In this document: positions 1 to 8,151 of the stretch, one piece after another
Numbering within the stretch: the first letter of the stretch is position 1
How the letters are laid out: each line of letters opens with the position of its first letter
Origin: Candidatus Ratteibacteria bacterium
Lineage (GTDB): Bacteria > Ratteibacteria > UBA8468 > B48-G9 > JAFGKM01
Reading direction: 5' to 3'
Length of the DNA: 24,464 nucleotides
Assembly (NCBI GenBank): GCA_046296715.1
Contig: JBKBIN010000017.1
Location: forward strand, 1 to 24,464
Notes under the pieces: model-generated
What the model was told of the DNA's origin: nothing
The model's input: the letters and a program-made list of their open reading frames with translations, nothing else
Database searches by the model: none
Translations under genes and position numbers: made by a program

Positions 1-192
1 ATAATATGATACCTTTATTAGAGATATATTTTAAAAATTTTTCTTTTCAGATTGTATCTATCTCCTAACCGACGACCAACACTACCTTTGGATTTTAAAA
101 TTTTAATATAATTTATATGTTTAAAAAGTTTGTTTTTGTTAAATAGAAAATAAAAAAAATAAATGTGGTTTTTAAAATAATTCTGGAAAATG

Positions 193-198
193 TATAAT
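193..198 (+). promoter_or_regulatory. Candidate sigma70 -10 box (TATAAT), leaderless start of the radical SAM gene
   Basis: Perfect TATAAT ends 7 nt before ATG 206; no Shine-Dalgarno upstream of the ATG. Confidence 0.55.
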
Positions 199-205
199 CT
201 TAAAT

Positions 206-1144
206 ATGGAAAGAATAGTTTTTGGTCCTGTTCCATCAAGAAGGTTTGGACAGAGTTTAGGAATAAATAATGTTCCTTTGCCTAAAAGATGCAGTTATTG
301 TTGTATTTATTGTCAAATTGGAAGAACTTCAATTTACCTGATAGAAAGGAAGGAATTTTATAAACCAGAGGAGATAAAAAAACAAGTAAAAGAAATGATA
401 GAAATTTTAAAAGAAAAAAAAATAGATTATATTTCATTTGTTCCTGATGGAGAGCCAACTCTTGATATAAATCTTGGAAAAGAAATAGAAATTTTAAAAG
501 AGTTTGGTATAAAAATTGCAGTTATAACAAATTCTTCTTTAATATGGAGAAAAGATGTGAGAGATGATTTAAAAAAAGCAGATTGTGTTTCATTAAAAAT
601 AGATGCTGTAAGCAAAGATATATGGGAAAAGATAAATAGACCGAATGAAAAAATTAATCTTGAAGCAATACTAAAAGGTATTGAAATTTTTTCAAAGGAA
701 TTTAAAGGAGAATTATTAACAGAAACACTTTTTGTTAAAGATATAAACGATAATGGAAAAGAGATAGAAAAAATAGGTGAATTTTTAAGAAAGATAAAAC
801 CTGATATTGCATATATTGGATATCCTACACGACCACCTACTGAAAAATGGGTAAAGGTCCCTGAAAAAGAAAAGATTGATTTTGCATATATTGTTTTTAA
901 AATGAAAAATTTGAATGTCAAAATTATTGGAGAAAAAGAGAAAGAAGAATTTGGATTTACAGGTAATTTAATTGAAGATATTTTAAGTATTGTTTCTGTT
1001 CATCCTATGAGTGAGAAGGAAATGGAAAAATTTTTGAAAGATAATGGTGGTTCTTTGAATTTATTGAAGAATTTGATAGATAGAGGAGAGATTTCTGAAA
1101 TTGAATATATGGGAGGAAAATATTACAGGAGAAATTTTAAATAA
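206..1144 (+). CDS. Radical SAM Fe-S protein, TYW1-like (COG0731-type), function unknown
   Basis: CxxxCxxC motif (CSYCCIYC), N-terminal FGPVPSRRFGQSLGIN, GEPTL, ITNSS and SLKIDA motifs typical of this radical SAM group. Confidence 0.85.
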   Translation: MERIVFGPVPSRRFGQSLGINNVPLPKRCSYCCIYCQIGRTSIYLIERKEFYKPEEIKKQVKEMIEILKEKKIDYISFVPDGEPTLDINLGKEIEILKEFGIKIAVITNSSLIWRKDVRDDLKKADCVSLKIDAVSKDIWEKINRPNEKINLEAILKGIEIFSKEFKGELLTETLFVKDINDNGKEIEKIGEFLRKIKPDIAYIGYPTRPPTEKWVKVPEKEKIDFAYIVFKMKNLNVKIIGEKEKEEFGFTGNLIEDILSIVSVHPMSEKEMEKFLKDNGGSLNLLKNLIDRGEISEIEYMGGKYYRRNFK

Positions 1145-2374
1145 ATGGAAGAATTTGATTTAATTATAATTGGTGCTGGTCCTTCTGGGTGTTTTGCAGG
1201 AATTTTTGGTTCTGAAAAAGAAAAAAAAGTTGCAATAATTGATAAGAATAACCAGATATGTAAGAAACTTCTTTTAACAGGTAAAGGAAAATGTAATTTA
1301 ACAAATATGAGTGAAATAGATGATAAATATATTTCAAAATATAGAAATGGGAAGTTTTTAATAAATGTTTTTCATCAATTTTCAAATAGGGATCTTTTTG
1401 AGTTTTTTGAAAATAATGGCTTAAAACTCAAAATAGATTCTGGTAAAAAGGTTTATCCTGAAAGTGAAAATGCCGAAGATGTTGTAAGAACGATAAGAGA
1501 AATTCTTGATGAGAATAAAGTTAAATTTTTTTTAAAAGAGAAAGTTATTGATATTGAAAAATTAAAAGATGGATTTAAACTCATTACTGATAAAAGAATT
1601 TTTAAATCTAAAAAAGTTGTTATAAGTACAGGTGGTAAAAGTTTTCCAGAAACTGGATCAGAAGGAGATGGATTTGTTTTTGCTAAAAAATTTGGTCATA
1701 AAATAATAAATCCTGTTCCTGCTTTATGTGGAATTGAAATAAAGGAAGATTTTGTAAAAAAATGGCAGGGTATAACTTTAAAGAATGTGAAAGTAACTGC
1801 ATATCTTGGGAATAAAAAAATAGGCGAAGAATTTGGAGAAGTTTTGTTTACTCATTATGGAGTTAGTGGACCTGCGATTTTAAATTTAAGTGGAGATATA
1901 TCTGAAAATTACAAAAATGGAGAGATAAAATTAATAATCAACTTTAAACCTGCTTTAAATGAACAAATTCTTGATAAAAGATTGCAGAGAGAAATAAAAG
2001 AAAACCAGAATAAAATGTTGAAAAACTTCTTTAAAAACTTTCTTCCTTCAGGTTTAATTGATAAATTTTTAGAAATTTCAGGTTTAGATTCAGAAAAGAA
2101 AGCGAATCAGATAACAAAACAAGAGAGAGAAATACTTGTTAAAAACCTTTTAAGATTTTCTCTTACAGTTAAAAAGCCGAGACCCTTTTATGATAGTATG
2201 GTAACAAGAGGTGGTGTATGTGTTGATGAGATAAATCCTAAAACGATGGAATCAAGAATTGTAAGTGGTCTTTATTTTGCAGGTGAAGTAATTGATGTAG
2301 ATGGAAAGACAGGGGGTTATAATTTGCAGATGTGTTTTTCTACTGGATATGTTGCTGGTATAAATACCTGTTAA
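1145..2374 (+). CDS. HI0933/YhiN-family NAD(P)/FAD-dependent flavoprotein
   Basis: IIGAGPSG Rossmann motif, KLLLTGKGKCNLTN, STGGKSFPETGSEGDG, LFTHYGVSGPAIL, VTRGGV and LYFAGEVIDVDGKTGGYNLQ family signatures. Confidence 0.93.
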   Translation: MEEFDLIIIGAGPSGCFAGIFGSEKEKKVAIIDKNNQICKKLLLTGKGKCNLTNMSEIDDKYISKYRNGKFLINVFHQFSNRDLFEFFENNGLKLKIDSGKKVYPESENAEDVVRTIREILDENKVKFFLKEKVIDIEKLKDGFKLITDKRIFKSKKVVISTGGKSFPETGSEGDGFVFAKKFGHKIINPVPALCGIEIKEDFVKKWQGITLKNVKVTAYLGNKKIGEEFGEVLFTHYGVSGPAILNLSGDISENYKNGEIKLIINFKPALNEQILDKRLQREIKENQNKMLKNFFKNFLPSGLIDKFLEISGLDSEKKANQITKQEREILVKNLLRFSLTVKKPRPFYDSMVTRGGVCVDEINPKTMESRIVSGLYFAGEVIDVDGKTGGYNLQMCFSTGYVAGINTC

Positions 2375-2434
2375 CTTTTTAAAATAAGATATAGAATTGA
2401 AAAAGATAAGAATTTATTAGAAAAGGAGTTTAAA

Positions 2435-3295
2435 ATGGAAAATCAAATTATTATGCATGTGAATTATATGGAGCAGGGACAATCTATAGAAGAAATATGT
2501 GAAAAGGCGGTAAGGATTGGTTTTGATGGAGTTGAATTTAGAAGAAAAATTAAAGATATGAAAGATGAAGAATATCTTGAAAAACTTGCAAAATCAGTAG
2601 AAAAAACAAAACTTAAATATGTATTATTTGGGGGACCAGGACCTAATTTAATGGATGAAAATTCAGATATAAGAAAAAGGCAATTAGATGAGACAATAAA
2701 TTTTTATAAAAAAGCAAGTAAATATTTTAATTTAACAGTTTGCAATACAATGACAGGTCCACTTATAAATCCAGAGTTTTCTTATTTCCATTTTGAAAAA
2801 CATGGTTCTTTTTATGCTAAGGATTATCACTGGCAATGGGCAGTAGAAGGATTTAAAATACTTGGAGATTTAGCAAACCAACTTAATTTTCATTTTGCTT
2901 TTGAAACACATATGTGTTATCTCCATGACACTGTTGAAAGTGCAAAGAAACTTGTTGATTTAATAGATAAGAAAAATGTTGGTATAAATCTTGATTATGC
3001 AAATATAATCTGTTTTAAAAATCCACCTTCAATTAAAGAAGCAGTAGAAAAGTGTGGAGAGAAGTTATATTATGTTCACTTGAAAAACCTTTTTAAAATT
3101 GATGGGATTGAATATAAAAATTATGTAAACTGTTCACTTTCAGATGGTATTATAAATCATAGAGAATTTTTAAAATTACTTAAGGATAAAAACTATAGGG
3201 GTTTTATATGTATTGAGGCACCAAGACAAGGAGATAGAGAATATTTTGCAAAACAGGACTTAAATTACATAAAACAACTTCTTAATGAAATTTAA
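2435..3295 (+). CDS. Sugar phosphate isomerase/epimerase (xylose isomerase-like TIM barrel, AP endonuclease 2 family)
   Basis: GFDGVEF, FETH, NLDYAN, YVHLKN and ICIE metal-binding pattern; AAGGAG RBS upstream. Confidence 0.85.
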   Translation: MENQIIMHVNYMEQGQSIEEICEKAVRIGFDGVEFRRKIKDMKDEEYLEKLAKSVEKTKLKYVLFGGPGPNLMDENSDIRKRQLDETINFYKKASKYFNLTVCNTMTGPLINPEFSYFHFEKHGSFYAKDYHWQWAVEGFKILGDLANQLNFHFAFETHMCYLHDTVESAKKLVDLIDKKNVGINLDYANIICFKNPPSIKEAVEKCGEKLYYVHLKNLFKIDGIEYKNYVNCSLSDGIINHREFLKLLKDKNYRGFICIEAPRQGDREYFAKQDLNYIKQLLNEI

Positions 3296-3507
3296 AAAAC
3301 AGACCTCTTTAAATAATTCATAAAAACAAGAAGTATTATTATTATCAAAGAAAAAAAGGTTATAATAAAAATTAGAATTTTCCATGGGAAAGATGGATAG
3401 AGTTTTTTATATTTTCTTTCATAATATTCTCCAACAATCCGAGCAATCTCTTCTGGTGATTTCCCTTTCAGTTTTTCTTTCCATTCAGGACTATCAAAAT
3501 TTATCAT
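3292..3507 (-). CDS. Small single-pass membrane protein, hypothetical
   Basis: Charged N-terminus followed by one hydrophobic C-terminal helix (ILIFIITFFSLIIIILLVFM); fills the gap between genes. ATG 3507 preferred over TTG 3510. Confidence 0.6.
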   Translation of the reverse strand: MINFDSPEWKEKLKGKSPEEIARIVGEYYERKYKKLYPSFPWKILIFIITFFSLIIIILLVFMNYLKRSVF

Positions 3508-3512
3508 CAATT

Positions 3513-3576
3513 AAATTATACCTACTATTTTAAGAATTTTAAAGTTTACAATACTTGTTTTTAATAGGTATAATTT
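3513..3576. promoter_or_regulatory. Back-to-back divergent promoters whose -10 boxes lie in a perfect 12-bp inverted repeat
   Basis: AAATTATACCTA (3513-3524) / TAGGTATAATTT (3565-3576). Plus strand TTTACA(3545-3550)-18-TATAAT(3569-3574); minus strand TATAAT at 3520-3515. Confidence 0.6.
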
Positions 3577-3584
3577 TTTTAAAA

Positions 3585-4505
3585 ATGAAAGTCTCTTTTC
3601 CAAGAATTGGAATTTATACAGAAGTTGGTATAGAATTTTTTAAAAAACTTGGTGTTGAAGTTATAGAACCCAATCCTATTGGTAAAAAGATAATTGAAAA
3701 AGGAGTTCTTTTTTCGCCTGAGATGATGTGTTTTCCTTATAAAGTGGTACTTTCTTCTTTTATTGATGCTCTTGAAAGAGGAGCAGATACTCTTGTTATG
3801 TATAATAGTCAGGGTTTTTGTAGATACAGATGTTATTATGTAATGGCTGAAATGTCTTTAAAACAACTTGGATATAAATTTGAAATGATTGTTCCGAAAG
3901 CAAAAAATTTATTCTCTTGGATTTTTAAACTATCACCAGAGATTAAAAAAAGAAACCTTTTTAAAATTGTAAAAGAAACATGGGAACATATAAAAAAAGT
4001 TGAGAAGGAAGATGGAGAAAAAAATAATGGAGATATTAAAATTGGAGTTGTAGGGGAATTTTATACATGTATTGAACCGAGTGCAAATTTTAATCTTATT
4101 GAAAAATTAAGAAATTATGGAGCAAGTGTTGATATTGGAATGAATGTAAGTGAATTTATAAAACATGGCCTTAAACTTGATAGAATATATAAGAGAAAAG
4201 AAAGAAAAATTGCAAAAAGATTACTGAAGGGTGAATTAATTGCAGGACATGGTTTTGACAGTATTGTTAATACAATTTATTTCATAAAAAAGAAATATGA
4301 TGGAATAATACTTGCTATGCCATTGACATGTATGCCTGAATGTGTTGCAGAACCATTTATAAAAAAAATATGTGATGAAAATAAAATTCCTTTTATGGTT
4401 TTAAGATTTGATGAGAATGTTTCTGAAGTCAATATAGATAATAGATTAAATGCATTTTGTGAATTAATAAGGAGAAAAAAATGGAAGAAGTTTCACTCGG
4501 TATAG
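3585..4505 (+). CDS. 2-hydroxyacyl-CoA dehydratase-like / CoA-enzyme-activase partner protein (HgdAB-like fold, Fe-S)
   Basis: SPEMMCFPYK, GFCRY, IGVVGEFY, GHG, PLTCMPE and FDE...RLNAF motifs. ATG 3585 preferred over TTG 3555 because the latter lies inside the promoter. Confidence 0.78.
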   Translation: MKVSFPRIGIYTEVGIEFFKKLGVEVIEPNPIGKKIIEKGVLFSPEMMCFPYKVVLSSFIDALERGADTLVMYNSQGFCRYRCYYVMAEMSLKQLGYKFEMIVPKAKNLFSWIFKLSPEIKKRNLFKIVKETWEHIKKVEKEDGEKNNGDIKIGVVGEFYTCIEPSANFNLIEKLRNYGASVDIGMNVSEFIKHGLKLDRIYKRKERKIAKRLLKGELIAGHGFDSIVNTIYFIKKKYDGIILAMPLTCMPECVAEPFIKKICDENKIPFMVLRFDENVSEVNIDNRLNAFCELIRRKKWKKFHSV

Positions 4506-5422
4506 ATATAGGAAATGGAACTATTAAATGTGTTTTATTAAACAGATATAAAAAAGTAATTGATTTTGTATATACGAAAAACATGGGAATAATTGAAACA
4601 TTGAAGAAAAGTTTAAATGAGTTATTTGAAAGGAATAAAAGTATCAAAATAATTTCCTGCGGAGTTATAGGTGCAGGGAGAAAACTTGGATCAATTCTAC
4701 TTTCTTCAAATATAACAACAACAGAAATAACTGCTACAGCATTTGGAGTAATAAACTTTTTTTCAGAAAATGCAACTTGTTTTGAAATGGGATTTGAAGA
4801 CAGTAAAATTCTAATTATAAAAGATGGAGTTCTTGTTGATTTTTCAATGAATACAGTATGTTCAGCAAACTGTGGTGCATATATAGAAAATGTTTCTGCA
4901 AGACTTGGAATAAAAGTTGAAGAATTTAGTGAATATGCATTAAAAAGTAAATCTCCAGCTAATATAAGTGGAAAGTGTGCAGTTTTTGGAACTTCTTGTT
5001 GTGTAAGTAAAATAAATCTTGGATTTAAAAAAGAAGACATTCTTATGGGAGTTGCTTATTCACTTGTAAGAAATTATTTTAGTATGCTTTCAAAAGGGAA
5101 AGAGATCGCTCCTCCATATATTTTTTGTGGAGGAGTTAGCAGAAATAAAGCAGTTGTTAAAGCGATGGAAGAATATCTTGGTGAAAAAATTTATGTCCCA
5201 GAATATAGTTTTCTTATCGGAGCAATAGGAGTTGCAATTTTAGCATTGGAAAAAGAAGATAAAAGTTTTATTTTTAAAGGGTATGATTTTTTGCAAAAAG
5301 ATTATCAAATTGAAACATTTATCTGTGAAAAATGCACAAATAACTGTGAACTTGTGAATGTTTATGAGAATAAAAAACTTATTGGTAGAATTGGTTCAAA
5401 CTGTGGAAAATATAATTTATAA
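4481..5422 (+). CDS. Acyl-CoA dehydratase activase (BadF/BadG/BcrA/BcrD, HgdC-like ASKHA ATPase) with C-terminal Cys motif
   Basis: LGIDIG, TEITA, DSK, FSMNTVC, KCAVF, GGVSRN and GAIGVA motifs; C-terminal CEKCTNNC...GSNC. Confidence 0.87.
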   Translation: MEEVSLGIDIGNGTIKCVLLNRYKKVIDFVYTKNMGIIETLKKSLNELFERNKSIKIISCGVIGAGRKLGSILLSSNITTTEITATAFGVINFFSENATCFEMGFEDSKILIIKDGVLVDFSMNTVCSANCGAYIENVSARLGIKVEEFSEYALKSKSPANISGKCAVFGTSCCVSKINLGFKKEDILMGVAYSLVRNYFSMLSKGKEIAPPYIFCGGVSRNKAVVKAMEEYLGEKIYVPEYSFLIGAIGVAILALEKEDKSFIFKGYDFLQKDYQIETFICEKCTNNCELVNVYENKKLIGRIGSNCGKYNL

Positions 5423-5424
5423 AT

Positions 5425-7086
5425 TTATCCAATTCTGAAAAACTCTCCAATTTTTTTAGCAAATATTTTTGCTGAAATAAAAAGACATATAGAAGTTATA
5501 AGCATTCCTAAAACGCCCAAACTACAAGCAGTATTCGGACCATCTGTTACTCTTCCTGCAAGTATGTATATAACTTTTGAAATGGGATAAAATTTTTCTC
5601 TTATTGCAAGAATTAAACTACAACTAACTTCCATTAAAGAAAAAGCAAAAGCAAGAATTGCACCAGCAAAAAGACCAGGACTTACAAGTGGAAATATAAT
5701 CCTTTTAAAAGTTGTAATATTATTAGCACCAAGAGAATAAGATGCTTCTTCAAGTCCTTCGTCAAGTTGTAAAAAGGAAGAATATGTAGTTCTCACAAGA
5801 TAAGGTATTCTTCTTAAACTATAACTTAGAATTATAAGAAAAACTGGATTATTTTTTGGGTCTAAAATTGTATTTGAAAAAGTTGTAACATATCCAAAAG
5901 CAATTACAATGCCAGGAATAACAAGTGGAACCATTGAAAGTATGTCAAGAATTCCTTTTCCTTTTATTTTCCATCTACTAAGTATATAGCCAATCAAAAA
6001 ACCTAAAAATATATCAATAATTGTGCTTATTGAACTATAAAATAAACTGTTAAAAATTCCTGTTTTTGTCAATCTATGAGTGAATACAATCTTGTAATAC
6101 TCTCCTGTATATTGAGAAGGGAAAATTGAAAAGAACCATTTTTTTGAAAAAGAATAAAAAATCAGGGAAAAATGAGGGATAAGACTTACTAAAAGTATGA
6201 GAAAGAGAAAGAAGTAGCAAAGAAATAGTTTTTTACCTTGTAAATTTTTCTCTTTTACTTGAACCTGCGTCCTTCCAGTTGTATAAGGTGTTTTTCCAAG
6301 GTATTTCCTTGTAAAAATAAAAAGAATAAGAGTTAATAGAAGGATTATAAAAACGAGAGCATAACCAACAGGATTAGTATTTATATCCTTAAGTGTATAG
6401 AATATTCTTACAGAAATGAGATTGTTGAACTCAAAAACAAGAGGTGTTCCAAGGTCTGTTATTGCCCAGATAAATATTATTGAACTTGCAGAAAAATACC
6501 CAGGAAAGATTAGCGGAAAAATTACTTTAAAAAATGTTTGAAAAGTACTTGCTCCAAGATTATAAGATGCTTCTTCTGTTGATATATCATAGTTATTTAA
6601 AGAAGCAGAAATGTTTAAAAACATAATCGGGTATAAATGGAGTGTTTGAAGAATTACAATTCCAAGAAAACCAGAACCAATCCATGATATAGGATTTTTT
6701 AAAATGCCAAGTTTGATAAGTAAGATATTTAAACTTCCAAATCTTGATAGAATTTGTTTTACTCCTATACTTCCAACAAATGGACTTGCAATCATGGGCA
6801 ACAAAAATAAAATTCTTAAGAAAGATTTTCCTTTAAATCTGAATCTATCAAATATGAAAGCAAGTGGGATTCCAATTAGACTTGTTGTTAAAACGACAAT
6901 TATGCCAAGCAAAAAGCTGTTAATAATGGACTTTCTTATTATATAATTGGTAATAGTAATTTTTAATATTTCAAGTGTGAATTTGTTATTATGATAGAAA
7001 GATTGGATAAGAATAAAAGAGATAGGGTAGACAAAAAAAGTAAGAAAAAATAGCAAAATCAATATGAATGCAATTTTTCTTTTCAT
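5425..7086 (-). CDS. ABC transporter permease, FbpB/AfuB (Fe3+/thiamine/sugar-phosphate) type
   Basis: About 12 TM helices with two EAA loops (EEASYNLGA, EEASYSLGA). Confidence 0.9.
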   Translation of the reverse strand: MKRKIAFILILLFFLTFFVYPISFILIQSFYHNNKFTLEILKITITNYIIRKSIINSFLLGIIVVLTTSLIGIPLAFIFDRFRFKGKSFLRILFLLPMIASPFVGSIGVKQILSRFGSLNILLIKLGILKNPISWIGSGFLGIVILQTLHLYPIMFLNISASLNNYDISTEEASYNLGASTFQTFFKVIFPLIFPGYFSASSIIFIWAITDLGTPLVFEFNNLISVRIFYTLKDINTNPVGYALVFIILLLTLILFIFTRKYLGKTPYTTGRTQVQVKEKNLQGKKLFLCYFFLFLILLVSLIPHFSLIFYSFSKKWFFSIFPSQYTGEYYKIVFTHRLTKTGIFNSLFYSSISTIIDIFLGFLIGYILSRWKIKGKGILDILSMVPLVIPGIVIAFGYVTTFSNTILDPKNNPVFLIILSYSLRRIPYLVRTTYSSFLQLDEGLEEASYSLGANNITTFKRIIFPLVSPGLFAGAILAFAFSLMEVSCSLILAIREKFYPISKVIYILAGRVTDGPNTACSLGVLGMLITSICLFISAKIFAKKIGEFFRIG

Positions 7087-8141
7087 TCTTCAAAAACCAT
7101 TATTTTGTCTTCACTTATTGAAAAAACAATATTTTCATCTTTTTTAAATTTACTGAAATCCCTTGTATAAATTCCAATTTTGAATAAATTACCTTTTTGA
7201 GTAATTATGTTTATCTTTACAATATCACCATAAAATTCGTAGTCCTGTAATTTCCCTTTTATAATATTTATTTTTTCCTCATTTGTTACACTTTCAGGTC
7301 TAAAAGCTAAAGAGACATCTTCTGAATTGATTTGTTTTTTTGATTTGACAAAAAAAATACCTTCATCTGTCTCAATTTTTAGAATATCCCTTTCTTTTTT
7401 GATAATTTTACCTTTGATAATATTTATTTCTCCAATAAATGAAGCAACAAAAATATTTATTGGATTTGTATATATTTCATATGGAGAACCAATTTGAACT
7501 ATTTCTTTTTCTTTCATAACTGCTATTGTTGTTCCAAGCGTCATAGCTTCTTTCTGATCATGAGTTACATAAACCATTGTTATTCCTGTTTCTTTATGTA
7601 TTCTTTTTATTTCTTTTCTTAACTCATCCCTTAATTTCGCATCAAGATTACTGAGGGGTTCGTCAAGAAGCAAAATCTGAGGATTGACTACAAGTGCTCT
7701 TGCAAGAGCAACTCTCTGTTGCTGTCCCCCAGATATTTGTGATGGATAAAGATTTTCAACACCTTGTAATTTTGTTATTTCTATTATTTCCTTTACTCTT
7801 TTCTTTATAAATTCTTCTGAATAATGTCTTATTTTCAATCCATAAGCAATATTCTCTATAACTTTCATATGTGGCCATAATGCGTAGTTTTGAAAAACAA
7901 ATCCAATATTTCTTTTATTTGGAGGGAGTTTTGTTACATCTTTTTTGTTGAGAATAATACTTCCTCTATCTGGTTCTACAAATCCAGCAATTATTCTTAA
8001 AAGAGTAGTTTTACCACATCCAGAAGGACCAAGTACAAAAAAGAAATCATTTTCATAAACAGTGAAATTTATATTTTTTAAAACTACTTTCCCGTTATAA
8101 CTTTTGTCTATATTTTCTACTGTTAAAATTTCTTTAGCCAT
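7083..8141 (-). CDS. ABC transporter ATP-binding protein, PotA/FbpC type with TOBE-like tail
   Basis: Walker A GPSGCGKT, ISGGQQQR signature, LLLDEP Walker B, VTHDQ. Confidence 0.93.
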   Translation of the reverse strand: MAKEILTVENIDKSYNGKVVLKNINFTVYENDFFFVLGPSGCGKTTLLRIIAGFVEPDRGSIILNKKDVTKLPPNKRNIGFVFQNYALWPHMKVIENIAYGLKIRHYSEEFIKKRVKEIIEITKLQGVENLYPSQISGGQQQRVALARALVVNPQILLLDEPLSNLDAKLRDELRKEIKRIHKETGITMVYVTHDQKEAMTLGTTIAVMKEKEIVQIGSPYEIYTNPINIFVASFIGEINIIKGKIIKKERDILKIETDEGIFFVKSKKQINSEDVSLAFRPESVTNEEKINIIKGKLQDYEFYGDIVKINIITQKGNLFKIGIYTRDFSKFKKDENIVFSISEDKIMVFEE

Positions 8142-8151
8142 ATTTTTTAAT

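Noticed and set aside
1..12. 12-mer ATAATATGATAC repeated at 18704-18715
   Set aside because: An AT-rich 12-mer is expected by chance at this composition; both copies are explicable as minus-strand -10-like boxes (TATCAT/TATTAT).
18..239. 73-aa minus-strand ORF
   Set aside because: Low-complexity F/Y/K/N translation of AT-rich promoter DNA; overlaps the start of the radical SAM gene; no RBS.
400..430. Poly-A/T tracts (8-9 nt) as phase-variation sites
   Set aside because: Frequent throughout this AT-rich, Lys-rich sequence, and all reading frames are intact.
427..5040. Long antisense ORFs 427..921 and 4429..5040 (and the other short ORFs nested in genes, e.g. 6704..6946, 20193..20474, 21460..21741)
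   Set aside because: Shadow frames of well-supported genes, with F/S/I-rich composition, no motifs and no RBS.
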